Source of the DNA: a virus
Taxonomy: Duplodnaviria; Caudoviricetes
Strand: one strand, 5' to 3'
Length of the DNA: 39,324 nt
Virus record (IMG/VR): IMGVR_UViG_3300032272_000039
Span: 1-39,324 of that record
Part shown: piece after piece, positions 8,133 through 16,956 of the stretch
How the letters are laid out: each line of letters opens with the position of its first letter
How positions within the stretch are numbered: position 1 is the first letter of the stretch
Program-made: the position numbers and the translations under genes
Notes under the pieces: generated by a model
What the model saw: the letters and a program-made list of their open reading frames with translations, nothing else
Databases searched by the model: none
What the model was told of the DNA's origin: nothing

Positions 8133-8678
8133 TTACTCTTTCTCCCATCCTAGCGAGAGGTCGGGTTCGTTGCCGTCTGCGAGATCCTGGATTTTAGACC
8201 TTACCAATGCATCATTTTTCCAGAGCTTTACGCCTAGGGCTTTGCACCGATTCGCAATTACCTGCTCTTTTGCGTTAAGAGTCTGACCGTCGATATTCCT
8301 GAAGATCACCGCAAGCCCAAGCATTATAAGCTTTTCTCGTTGGTCGTAAGGAACAAGGCTTTCGTGAGCATTTCGCTCCTCGGCTTCGACTGCTGCGTTA
8401 ATGTCCTCAAGCGGTCGCTTCTCGGTGTTATAGGTCTTGGTTAGCGTGTTTGCTTCTGCGTCAACTTCCTCGGTTCCTATTAGCTTGTGAGTTCTCGAAT
8501 CGTAGTCAGGTTTTGCCCCTTCCGATTGCAAGAGATAAACGTAATTTGGATCTGCTCCGGGTTGCGGTGATCCGTCAAGAGTCGGCCATTGCTTGTTTCG
8601 GCCAACGATTTCTCCGGTGTCCACTCTTAGGACTGCCCATACTGTGTTCTCTACGTCTACTGGATATGTAATTGCCAT
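8133..8678 (-). CDS. Hypothetical protein (possible fibre assembly chaperone)
   Basis: 181-aa ORF in a tightly packed operon; KPDYDSRTHKL resembles fibre-chaperone motifs. Confidence 0.6.
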   Translation of the reverse strand: MAITYPVDVENTVWAVLRVDTGEIVGRNKQWPTLDGSPQPGADPNYVYLLQSEGAKPDYDSRTHKLIGTEEVDAEANTLTKTYNTEKRPLEDINAAVEAEERNAHESLVPYDQREKLIMLGLAVIFRNIDGQTLNAKEQVIANRCKALGVKLWKNDALVRSKIQDLADGNEPDLSLGWEKE

Positions 8679-8680
8679 GA

Positions 8681-9172
8681 TTAAGTTCTGGTTCCTATTA
8701 GATAAATTTTAGCCCCCTTTGGAGCGGTTGTTGATACTGCGTCGATGTCGATTGTGATAATCGCTTTATCGGCTAAAGCGGTATCTGTGAGTGTTGCTGT
8801 TCCGTCGTCGATTGTGGCAGTGGTGAGGATGTCGAGCTTGTTCGTCGTCATGATCGACGTTCCGCCATCGTTGATATCGAATATCGTCGTTCCCGTCGTC
8901 CCTGCTGTTGTGACTGAGGCCCTGACTTCCGAGAGAGTCATTGCGTAAGGCATACGAAAAGTCGTCTTTGCCGTGCCTGTGGTTAGGTCCGTCGTCTCGT
9001 CGCTGATTGCGATCATCAGGACTTCACCTCCAAGCTTCCTGACCTCGCCAACTGTCATTTTCTTGGACCTGGCAATACCCGATTCGCCGATGTCCCAAAT
9101 GTAAATAAGATCGGTATCAACCGCGTTTGCCGCCGTGAGAGCTGTAAGTCCTTCTACGTTTCCATCTGCCAT
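8681..9172 (-). CDS. Virion fibre/decoration-like protein
   Basis: Thr-rich beta-type sequence (SDETTDLTTGTAKTTFRMPYAMTLSEVRASV...ITIDID...GAKIYLIG). Confidence 0.65.
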   Translation of the reverse strand: MADGNVEGLTALTAANAVDTDLIYIWDIGESGIARSKKMTVGEVRKLGGEVLMIAISDETTDLTTGTAKTTFRMPYAMTLSEVRASVTTAGTTGTTIFDINDGGTSIMTTNKLDILTTATIDDGTATLTDTALADKAIITIDIDAVSTTAPKGAKIYLIGTRT

Positions 9173-9176
9173 TTAA

Positions 9177-9854
9177 TTAATCACCGAGCGTTAAGAAGCT
9201 CGTTCCGTCTCCAAGTGAAAGTTTGCTGCTGCCATCGCCGAGAAGCAGGAATGAGCTGGTTGGCGTTGTAACGCTTAATGTTCCGTCTATGCCACCTTGC
9301 CCATTTAGTGAGCCCGAAAGGATCTTTGATAGAGAGAGCGTTCCGTCGAGGCCCCCAACTCCATCGAGCGAGCCCGTTAGTAATTTTGTGAGAGCAATCG
9401 TTCCGCTCACCCCGCCAGAACCGTCTATAGATCCGGCTAACAGCTTCGTTAATGCGAGGTTGCCATTGATCCCACCAACTCCGTCTAGAGAACCCGATAT
9501 TATCTTCGTTATATTCAGTGTTCCCGATGTTCCGCCGACTCCATCTAATGAGCCGCCGAGACCGTCGATATTTACAGACAGCGCCCCTTGTAATCCACCG
9601 ACGCCATCGAGAGAACCAGCCAATCCTTTGACTATTGTGAGTTGTCCGGTCAATCCACCGACGCCATCCAATGAACCAGCAATGTGCTTTTCTATGGCTA
9701 ATACACCAATCAAGCCGCCTTGCCCATCGAGCGAGCCCCTGAATCGTACTCCCTCCTGAAGAACCTTCACGCAAAGCAGAATAGCAGAAGACCCCGGCAC
9801 CGTTAAGGTAGCCGATGCCGTTGGAACTGATAAAACTGCTGAAACGCATGACAT
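9177..9854 (-). CDS. Gly-rich repeat fibre-like protein
   Basis: Eight 20-21-aa repeats of GSLDGxGGxxGxL. Confidence 0.75.
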   Translation of the reverse strand: MSCVSAVLSVPTASATLTVPGSSAILLCVKVLQEGVRFRGSLDGQGGLIGVLAIEKHIAGSLDGVGGLTGQLTIVKGLAGSLDGVGGLQGALSVNIDGLGGSLDGVGGTSGTLNITKIISGSLDGVGGINGNLALTKLLAGSIDGSGGVSGTIALTKLLTGSLDGVGGLDGTLSLSKILSGSLNGQGGIDGTLSVTTPTSSFLLLGDGSSKLSLGDGTSFLTLGD

Positions 9855-9860
9855 TTAAGG

Positions 9861-10262
9861 TTAAGAGAGCGTGCCAAATAGTGTTCCTGCGTCGAATTGA
9901 ACAGTGTTTCCGCTTTCCGGTGATTGGGTCGAATCTAGAGCAGACCATGCGAGCATGTTTCCGCTTGTAGATGCGTCGAAAAGAGCGAACCATCCAACGG
10001 TTCCCCAGCTTCCTGAAGGAGTGGCGAATGTGATGGCATTAGCGTTGCTCTTGCTGCCACCTGATGCGGCTGGCCATTCAGTCGCGTTGTTCGTCACGCT
10101 CTTTCTTGAGTAGTTGTTTCCTGAAACTTCAGTACCTCCGCCTGCGTCGTTAGGTGCTGCCGTGAATAAGGCCACGTAAACCGTAGCTGGCGCTGTGAAT
10201 GCTGCCCCTCCTAGCCAATGGTCGAGGAGTTCGTTTTCTAAATAATCGCTATAGTCTGCCAT
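9861..10262 (-). CDS. Conserved virion structural protein
   Basis: SDYLENELLDH...YVALFTAAP...GTEVSG..YSR...WGTV...FDASTSGNML, a motif series common in phage minor structural proteins. Confidence 0.75.
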   Translation of the reverse strand: MADYSDYLENELLDHWLGGAAFTAPATVYVALFTAAPNDAGGGTEVSGNNYSRKSVTNNATEWPAASGGSKSNANAITFATPSGSWGTVGWFALFDASTSGNMLAWSALDSTQSPESGNTVQFDAGTLFGTLS

Positions 10263-10279
10263 TTGTCTTTTTGGTTAAT

Positions 10280-10684
10280 TTATGGAAATGTTGTTTTGGT
10301 TGGGCTGTTGAGTTTGATCTGGAAAGCCTTTGGCTCCTGGGTTCCGTATGTCGTATCGATGATCCAGAGTTCGCCGTAAAATGTCTTGTCTGCCGAGAAT
10401 CCAACGCCTGCTCCTGCCTGTGTGTCTACATCGTAACCGACGACAAGAGGAGCTGTCGTAATCGTAAGACTGGCGTTTGTGACATCAACCAAAGCCGCTG
10501 AATCGAGATCCGTTTTATTGGCTTTGATTAAAAGCTGAAAAGTGATCCCGCTTGCTGTGGTCGGAGTGTATCCCGCGTAAGTGATCGCCGAAAAGCTCAA
10601 AGGAATCGTTGCCCCGTATGCGTAAGGAACCTGGTCCACGTATCCGTCAACCGAGTCTGTATCTTTTACTTGATCGAGTGCCAT
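10280..10684 (-). CDS. Hypothetical structural protein
   Basis: 134 aa, beta-rich, coupled to the portal stop by a TAATG overlap. Confidence 0.65.
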   Translation of the reverse strand: MALDQVKDTDSVDGYVDQVPYAYGATIPLSFSAITYAGYTPTTASGITFQLLIKANKTDLDSAALVDVTNASLTITTAPLVVGYDVDTQAGAGVGFSADKTFYGELWIIDTTYGTQEPKAFQIKLNSPTKTTFP

Positions 10685-12159
10685 TATTCGTCCCCTCCTG
10701 CGTTAAACGTTTCTGGTTCTGGCATCCCTGGCGGGTTCTGCTCAAGGTTCTCTTTCCAATCTTCCAGATCCGTGATTCCAAGATTCATCTTTGTGATCTT
10801 AGACCGTGCTTCCTCGTCGTCGATCAATCCGCTCTGCCAAGTGGAAACAAGCGCAAGTAAGAGTTGCGGATCGAGCCTGCTGATTTCGTAATCAGTGTTA
10901 AGTTCGTATTTGATCTCTTCGCTATCCTCGACAGCGTTTGAGTCCGAGTACATCCAAGACCAAAGCAGGCATTGCTTGTAAGCCTGGGAGACGTTCCTTG
11001 AAACGTTTGAGAGTACCGAGGTTTCGCTTGCTCGCTCTCCGCCTGCCTGAGTCGCTGTCTTAGCAACGCTCGAATCCTGGACGATCCTGGCGCCAATCGC
11101 GACCATTTGCTTTTCCTTATGCTCCATCCCTGCGAATGGGATCGTGTTTGGATCGGCCTGGACTAGATTTGCAGATCCGCCTTCAGGCAAAAGAACCGCC
11201 GCTCTTGATCCGAACTGAACGCCGTTCTTAAAATTCTTATCAACCCATCCTTGCGTGAGTCCAGCGATTGCAAGCGTCGGTTGACCTACCAAAAACGATG
11301 ATTCCTCATTGTCGGCAGAATTGCGATAATGCCCGATGTTGATAACTGCCAGGTCGTAGGTTGGCGACATGTCAACATCTGGATCGTTGTTCTGACTGCC
11401 TGGAAAGATGAATGGGATCTCTTCCCAAAACTGACCATTGCCCTTGACTGGGTAGACCTCAGAGCCCGGCACGATTACGAAATCCTCTGTGCTTACGGTC
11501 TTGTCGTCCGACTTTACCCAAATCTCGCGCTTGTAAATGCCCTCCTCCATCTTGAGGACCCGCCATTGCTTTTGCGGTTTTGTGGTAAATTCGTCCTCTG
11601 GATCGACAACCTGGATTTCTTCCTCGATCACTACCAACGTAAGCTTGTTTGCAAAACCGACCTTGGCGACTCTCCAATTGATTATGCAGCGCGGATCGTA
11701 ACAGACAATTGATGGGCGAACCTTACCGCTCTCCTGGTCTGCTCTGCTTACCTGGCCCTCTACCTGTGGGTAATCGACAAACAAAGCGCCTCTACCAAAC
11801 TTAAGGACATTGCGAACGGTCTTCTTGCTCTGCTGGTTGAGTGTTACGCCTGTGTCGTCAACGTCCTCTTTCAGGACCTCAAGCGTACTGGGAAGCTCGA
11901 CCTCTGGATCTTTCGAATACACCTCACCGACCAAACCTGAAATTGTTTTCTGCGTGTAATTCGCGAACATTGCCCGAGTAAGATAGGCTTCATATCGTGC
12001 CTGATTCTCTGGGCTTGTGTCGGTCGCGTTTGGCTTTGGCAGGTAGGTTTCGCCGCCTTGCGTAATGGCCTGCTGTCCCTTATCGCAGTCGTCAACGGTC
12101 TCCCATTTGGGAAGCTCGTTTGTGTATTCGGGTCTTTTGAAGTCTACTTTCTTAGCCAT
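10684..12159 (-). CDS. Portal protein (DUF4055-like)
   Basis: 491 aa after terL; YLPKP...RYEAYLTRA, IINWR, NIGHYRNSAD and KTATQ motifs. Confidence 0.92.
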   Translation of the reverse strand: MAKKVDFKRPEYTNELPKWETVDDCDKGQQAITQGGETYLPKPNATDTSPENQARYEAYLTRAMFANYTQKTISGLVGEVYSKDPEVELPSTLEVLKEDVDDTGVTLNQQSKKTVRNVLKFGRGALFVDYPQVEGQVSRADQESGKVRPSIVCYDPRCIINWRVAKVGFANKLTLVVIEEEIQVVDPEDEFTTKPQKQWRVLKMEEGIYKREIWVKSDDKTVSTEDFVIVPGSEVYPVKGNGQFWEEIPFIFPGSQNNDPDVDMSPTYDLAVINIGHYRNSADNEESSFLVGQPTLAIAGLTQGWVDKNFKNGVQFGSRAAVLLPEGGSANLVQADPNTIPFAGMEHKEKQMVAIGARIVQDSSVAKTATQAGGERASETSVLSNVSRNVSQAYKQCLLWSWMYSDSNAVEDSEEIKYELNTDYEISRLDPQLLLALVSTWQSGLIDDEEARSKITKMNLGITDLEDWKENLEQNPPGMPEPETFNAGGDE

Positions 12160-12242
12160 GTGGTAACGTCCGTTTTACGCGGAGGACGCCACCACTTTTG
12201 AAATCCTTTACGAATTAACGAGGATTTGGCAAGCCTAAGCTT

Positions 12243-13526
12243 TTACATTGCGAACGTAACCTTGAAGTCAACCGGGGTCGTCTGCTCGTTATGAGCGACG
12301 CACATCAGGCCAAAAGAATCAGCGTCATGGCTTGACCAGTCGTGATCGGGACCTAATCCGATGCCTCGCTGCTCGTCTTTCTTTTCGTGATACCAACCGA
12401 GCGAGCGCCTGCCTGCTTCTGTTGTGTCAGCGTGGAACCAAATTTGATCGAATAAATCTCTTGCCGCCTCGACTCTCATCTTAGCCGCTCCGGTGCCCTG
12501 GTTGGGGATTACTGCCGTGCTGAATCCGGCGTCTCCTAATGCACTCTCGAAGCTGACTGAGTGGATTCTGTCCTTCGTCTTGCCGTCATGTGGGAGAACA
12601 CAAAGAGCCTCGCCGTAGCCTGAGCTTTTCAGCCAATCAATATGTGTGCTTAGCGGTTGCCCTTGAGCTGTGTAATGATCCAAGACGTTGACGCGCTTAC
12701 CGACAAACTGAGCAATCCAGATCGAGGTCGCATCGGCCTTTGCTCCGGTGCCTCCGATGTCCCAAAAGGCTCGATAAGTCATAAGCGGATCAGCCTCAAC
12801 CTTACCAATTCTGCCCTCTTCTTTGCACTTGAGCAGATCAGCAGACCAGTATGCACCCTCAACGTAGGTCCGAAAGCCTCCGCCCCAAATCCATTCGTAA
12901 GACTCTGGCCTCTTCTTCTTGTCTTCGAGTCGCTGCCTCTTGAGTCGAGCCGGAAACCAAGGATTGTCCCGCCAATTCATTTCGACGATCTTCGAGCCAT
13001 CCGGCGGATCGACACGAAACCGCTTATGTGTTGCACTGTCCTCCAGCTCTGGATTCCACGTAACCCATATTTCAGAGCCCTCCTCGCGCACTGTCGGCAT
13101 TATGATCTCCCACGCATACTCAGAGACGGTTTCGGCCTCATCTACCCACAGGAGGCGAATGCGGCTCTTTGATTTGATGGAGCCTAGATTGTGCCTGAGA
13201 CCTGCGAAGACGAAATCAATATTGCGGTCGAGGGTCCTGATGTACTTGTCGCCTAGATCGTATCGCTTGAGCAATTCCGGGTCCTCCTGGATTGCTGCTT
13301 TGATCTCCGCAAAGGACGAATCTGCGAGTGAGTTTTGAAACTCACGACCGCAAACGATAACGCCAGCCATTCCAGCCTGAGCAAACTCAATGCCTTTCCA
13401 AGCTGCCATCGTCGCAAAGGTTCTGGTCTTCGAGCTTCCACGACCGCCATGCGCTCCTCTGATGTCGGCCTTGCCCTGAAAAATGGGGATGAGCTTAGGC
13501 GGTAGCTTGATTCTGACTTTGCTCAT
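12243..13526 (-). CDS. terL: Terminase large subunit (PBSX/SPP1-like)
   Basis: Walker A HGGRGSSKT, Walker B LWVDEA, TWNP, and nuclease WDIG...HDWSSHDADSF. Confidence 0.96.
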   Translation of the reverse strand: MSKVRIKLPPKLIPIFQGKADIRGAHGGRGSSKTRTFATMAAWKGIEFAQAGMAGVIVCGREFQNSLADSSFAEIKAAIQEDPELLKRYDLGDKYIRTLDRNIDFVFAGLRHNLGSIKSKSRIRLLWVDEAETVSEYAWEIIMPTVREEGSEIWVTWNPELEDSATHKRFRVDPPDGSKIVEMNWRDNPWFPARLKRQRLEDKKKRPESYEWIWGGGFRTYVEGAYWSADLLKCKEEGRIGKVEADPLMTYRAFWDIGGTGAKADATSIWIAQFVGKRVNVLDHYTAQGQPLSTHIDWLKSSGYGEALCVLPHDGKTKDRIHSVSFESALGDAGFSTAVIPNQGTGAAKMRVEAARDLFDQIWFHADTTEAGRRSLGWYHEKKDEQRGIGLGPDHDWSSHDADSFGLMCVAHNEQTTPVDFKVTFAM

Positions 13527-13897
13527 TCATCTTCCGGCGTAGGCAAATCAGGTGCGACCATCTCCAGGTGAGTGACTGGGATCGGACCGCCGTTCGGACC
13601 ACTGAGCTCTAAATTGTCCTTTTGCTTGAGCGTGTTTTTGCCCAGCCAAATCGCCATAGAAGCGTTTCTTTCCGCTAACTTGAACTGGGACCTTCGCAGC
13701 GACATTTTACCTAGTTGCCTGCCATTATGGGAATACTCGGAATAAGTAATCCCGTGTTCCTCCTTGCATCGATCCGCTAAAGTATCGGCATGAATCCCTA
13801 GCACTCCAGCGATTTCCTCGCATGTGCATTGAATGAAAAGCATCTTGTCAACCTGCTTCCAGTTGATCGGTTTTTTCGGTCTGCCCATCGTAGCCAT
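13523..13897 (-). CDS. terS: Terminase small subunit
   Basis: GRPKK plus HTH (CTCEEIAGVLGIHADTL), SLRRSQF, MAIWLGKN and ELSGPNGGPI; overlaps the terL start. Confidence 0.85.
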   Translation of the reverse strand: MATMGRPKKPINWKQVDKMLFIQCTCEEIAGVLGIHADTLADRCKEEHGITYSEYSHNGRQLGKMSLRRSQFKLAERNASMAIWLGKNTLKQKDNLELSGPNGGPIPVTHLEMVAPDLPTPEDE

Positions 13898-15138
13898 TAT
13901 GCTTTAACCCCTTCCAATTCCTCTATCAGTTCAGCCTTGTTCCCAGTGAACTCCTCCCATCGCTGGATGATTACGTCGCAGTAGCTTGGCGCGAATTCCA
14001 TCATAAAGCATCCTTTCCCTCTGATCTCGCAAGCTATGAGAGTTGAACCTGAGCCGCCAAACAAATCCAATACTGATTTGCATTCGTTCCCGTAATTATC
14101 AAAGCACCATTCAGCTAAGGCTATTGGCTTCTGTGTAGGGTGAACTCTTTTCTCTCCATGCTCTGACGCTTTACAGATTCCGCTCCACCGATGCTTAAAT
14201 ATCTGAACCTTTGTCTCCTGATTTGTCCATGCGAGTTCGGCATCAGCGAAAGTGCTCTCTCCTGTTTCCTTGTCCCAAACTATCCAGCAGTTTGAGTTTT
14301 CAAGCTCAGTGGCGTAGTAATTCCCACCCCAGATTATCTGCGTTTTTATTTCGAGACTCTTAATTATCTTAATGGCTTCAACGGCAGTTTCAATGCTATC
14401 GTCTCCGATTATATCGGCGTATTTATTAGCCTCGATGTGCCTACCTCCAGCCTTCTCTTTCTTGCCAGTTCCGAATGCTCCGCCGCCGCCTATCTGATTA
14501 TTAGAAACGATTTTGATACCATATGGTGGATCAGTGAACACCATATCGGCCTTCTCCCCATCCATCAGCTTTGCAACCTGCTCCTTGCTCGTCGAGTCCC
14601 CGCACATCAGCCTGTGATTCCCCAGCTTCCAAATCTGCCCTAGCTTGGCTGTCGGTTCCTCCGGCATTTCCGGCACCGCGTCTTCATCAGTAAGCCCTTC
14701 GTTCTCCGGTGCGAACTCACTCATCATATCGGCCAGATCGCCCTCCAGGAAGCCCGTAAGATCCATATCAAAGTCTCCGTCGTCTAAGTCCTCAAGAAGA
14801 TCCTTAAGCTCGCTCCTGTTGATCTCAGCGAGTTCAGAGAGGCGATTGTCGGCGATAAGGTCTGCCCATTCCTGAGCTTCTGTCTCGTAGTCTTGCCTGT
14901 CGATTGGCACGGTATCGACGCCAAGCTTGAGCGCTGCCTGGTATCGGCCATGCCCCTTGACGATGAATCCTGATCGATTTGAAACGACTATGGGAGATCG
15001 CCAACCCTGGTTCGCAATGATCTTCGCAAGTAGATCGATCTGTGATTCTGGATGCCCGTTGGGGTTCCTTGGATTCTCAACGAGAGAAGCGACTTCAGCG
15101 ATGTCTGTGTGTGAGCAGTTAATTGGGACCTCAGCCAT
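13897..15138 (-). CDS. ParB-like N-terminal domain fused to an N6A/N4C DNA methyltransferase
   Basis: NPRNP...GHGRYQAA...IADNR (ParB-N), then HRLMCGDS, FTDPPYG, HPTQKP and LDLFGGSGST. Confidence 0.93.
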   Translation of the reverse strand: MAEVPINCSHTDIAEVASLVENPRNPNGHPESQIDLLAKIIANQGWRSPIVVSNRSGFIVKGHGRYQAALKLGVDTVPIDRQDYETEAQEWADLIADNRLSELAEINRSELKDLLEDLDDGDFDMDLTGFLEGDLADMMSEFAPENEGLTDEDAVPEMPEEPTAKLGQIWKLGNHRLMCGDSTSKEQVAKLMDGEKADMVFTDPPYGIKIVSNNQIGGGGAFGTGKKEKAGGRHIEANKYADIIGDDSIETAVEAIKIIKSLEIKTQIIWGGNYYATELENSNCWIVWDKETGESTFADAELAWTNQETKVQIFKHRWSGICKASEHGEKRVHPTQKPIALAEWCFDNYGNECKSVLDLFGGSGSTLIACEIRGKGCFMMEFAPSYCDVIIQRWEEFTGNKAELIEELEGVKA

Positions 15139-15330
15139 ATTTTACACTTCTGCTCAACTGGTCTTACCAGTCAAGTCGTTGCCTCCGTTGCGTTTAAAAA
15201 AAGTATCGACATGCTGAGCTTGGCTATTACTAGCGAAGGCACTGAGCTGACTGATTTTGCCTTTGTTTGTTTTCGGAACTTCCGTCATGTTCTGCATCCT
15301 CTTGATCTGGCTGGTTTTGGCAAGATTAGA

Positions 15331-15669
15331 TTAATCCTCTACGATTTCCGGCATGTGCTTGCATTTGTGGAAAGACATTTCGTGCAGTTTCGTCCATGAA
15401 AGAGCTTCGAAGAGTACGCCGTCCACGATAACGTCTATCTGGTTTGCCCGTTCAGCTTTGAAAATCTCGTACCGCATAAGCTTTCCAGACCGTACGCTGT
15501 AGCGTGTCCAAACCTCTAGGAACTCGCCCGATGGTGTCAGGCGAGGCCCAAGTTTTCGATTCATCCTTGCGTGAGCCTGGAGCTCCTGAGAGCGCTTACC
15601 GCCTCTTGAGGATCGTTCGCGGAGGCGATCCCTTTTCAGGTCCCTTCGACTGTAGGCAAATTTTACCAT
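15331..15669 (-). CDS. Hypothetical basic protein
   Basis: 112-aa ORF on the operon strand, Arg-rich N-terminus. Confidence 0.65.
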   Translation of the reverse strand: MVKFAYSRRDLKRDRLRERSSRGGKRSQELQAHARMNRKLGPRLTPSGEFLEVWTRYSVRSGKLMRYEIFKAERANQIDVIVDGVLFEALSWTKLHEMSFHKCKHMPEIVED

Positions 15670-15686
15670 TCAACTTCTGGAAGTGC

Positions 15687-15705
15687 GGTTAACAAGGGGT
15701 TCTAC
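15687..15705 (+). other. attI-like simple recombination site at the head of the cassette array
   Basis: GGTTAAC-AAGGG-G|TTCTAC: two inverted 7-bp cores 5 bp apart. GTTCTAC is the exact reverse complement of the R'' of attC1. Confidence 0.6.
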
Positions 15706-15917
15706 GAAGATCGATTGACGTAGCTAAGGCAGTCTTTGGCCGATAACACCTCGCTTGGATCGACCCCCATTTGAAGGAGTCGGGAGTTTGCGAGGTCTAT
15801 CGCTTTAGACATCATCAAATCTTCTTCCTCTGACTCCGCACCCCCGCAGTCTTGCCCATTCGCAACACACGATAGCATGTATATTTTCGCAGCTTTATCT
15901 ATTTTTCTTTTAGTCAT
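15702..15917 (-). CDS. Cassette 1 hypothetical protein
   Basis: 71 aa; TAG stop inside the GTTCTAC core. Confidence 0.7.
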   Translation of the reverse strand: MTKRKIDKAAKIYMLSCVANGQDCGGAESEEEDLMMSKAIDLANSRLLQMGVDPSEVLSAKDCLSYVNRSS

Positions 15918-15931
15918 CGTTTTTTAAAAAG

Positions 15932-15988
15932 GTAGAACATTTCGATTCTTGGAACTCGCGCTGCTCGCCCCAGATCGATGGGTTGGCC
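15932..15988 (+). repeat. attC-like site 1 (57 bp)
   Basis: GTAGAAC-ATTTC-GAT(T)CTTGG...CCCAGATC-GATGG-GTTGGCC. Confidence 0.85.
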
Positions 15989-16270
15989 CTATTTAAAAAG
16001 TAGACGCCTTTCGGTCAGGGTCACGTAAACTTGATCGCTGTCATTCTTCTCCCAGTCGGTTTTGACATACCACAAGCTACCGGATTCGTCTTTTACAAAA
16101 AAACCATTTGCCCACCCTGGACGGGTTTCAACTTCGCCTTCAAATGATTTCTCGACAGCCCGTTGGCGGTCATAGTGCGTCGGTGCATGGGTGCATCCGG
16201 CCAACAAAGCAGCCCATACAATGGCGAAAATCGCCGCGATTCGTGTTAGTTTTCGAGTATTGGTTTTCAT
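15989..16270 (-). CDS. Cassette 2 putative lipoprotein
   Basis: Signal peptide MKTNTRKLTRIAAIFAIVWAALLAG-C with a lipobox. Confidence 0.75.
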   Translation of the reverse strand: MKTNTRKLTRIAAIFAIVWAALLAGCTHAPTHYDRQRAVEKSFEGEVETRPGWANGFFVKDESGSLWYVKTDWEKNDSDQVYVTLTERRLLFK

Positions 16271-16330
16271 ATCAGTATTTCTGTTTGGTTTAGATTCTAG
16301 GTTTCGCCACGTATGGCTTTGAGGTTAGCC
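16199..16330 (+). repeat. attC-like site 2 (132 bp)
   Basis: GGCCAAC-AAAGC-AGC(C)CATACAATGGCGAAA...TTTCGCCACGTATGGCT-TTGAG-GTTAGCC. Confidence 0.88.
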
Positions 16331-16516
16331 AATTACATGAACGCAACAGAGTCGATTTCGACCAATGAATCGGGATTCTTTTTTGCCGTTCTTGAGCGTT
16401 CTGTCGAGGCGGGTTAGTGGTCGTGAGGCGTATCCAACTATCCAGCGATTACCTCCGCTGATTACTGTCATCCCTTCTCGGATCACGTTTCCGTCTTTAT
16501 CTGTGGTTTCTCTCAT
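16325..16516 (-). CDS. Cassette 3 hypothetical protein
   Basis: 63 aa (DKDGNVIREGMTV, SH3/YopX-like start); TAA stop inside the GTTAGCC core. Confidence 0.7.
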   Translation of the reverse strand: MRETTDKDGNVIREGMTVISGGNRWIVGYASRPLTRLDRTLKNGKKESRFIGRNRLCCVHVIG

Positions 16517-16528
16517 ATCGAAAATCTA

Positions 16529-16613
16529 GGATAACAAATCGTACGCCCAACACGGGTAAGCGCTCCTTGGTTTAGTCAGCCCCATTCCCGTGTGGGGGTA
16601 CTCGCGGTTCTAC
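16529..16613 (+). repeat. attC-like site 3 (85 bp)
   Basis: GGATAAC-AAATC-GTACGCCCAACACGGG...CCCGTGTGGGGGTAC-TCGCG-GTTCTAC. Confidence 0.85.
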
Positions 16614-16873
16614 AGATATTTATTCGCTTCCTTCACCGCATCACGGTCTTGCTTTGTAGCCGATGGGAACACCATATCCGACCAGGGGCACATCCTGAAG
16701 TCCCAAGTCATCTGATAGTTTCTGACAGTAAAGTACCAGAGCTTGCCGCTCCAATATCGCTCGAAGTGAAACCACTTTGTGAAGCAGTTTTTCCCGACCT
16801 TTTTGCGGTCGTATTTGTGGAAACTCACTTCTGGAAACTTCCAACGGTTTGCTTTGAGTATATTCAGTTTCAT
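16610..16873 (-). CDS. Cassette 4 hypothetical protein
   Basis: Likely start ATG 16873 (MKLNILK); the track's extension to 16957 only reads through attC4. TAG stop in the core. Confidence 0.7.
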   Translation of the reverse strand: MKLNILKANRWKFPEVSFHKYDRKKVGKNCFTKWFHFERYWSGKLWYFTVRNYQMTWDFRMCPWSDMVFPSATKQDRDAVKEANKYL

Positions 16874-16896
16874 ATTTGGTTCAGTTGTTAAAAAAG

Positions 16897-16956
16897 GTAG
16901 AACATAGCGCTGCTCACAACGTCGGCAAGCCGCCGCGTGAAAGCTTGAGGTTAGCA
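16897..16956 (+). repeat. attC-like site 4 (60 bp)
   Basis: GTAGAAC-ATAGC-GCT(G)CTCAC...GTGAAAGC-TTGAG-GTTAGCA. Confidence 0.88.

Noticed and set aside
9181-9993. 270-aa alternative-frame ORF and the antisense ORF 9223-9759
   Set aside because: Both are by-products of Gly-repeat codons in the real gene.
13897-15138. ParB-MTase as a novel partition or defence system
   Set aside because: This fusion next to terS is common in phages, and there is no ParA or restriction partner.
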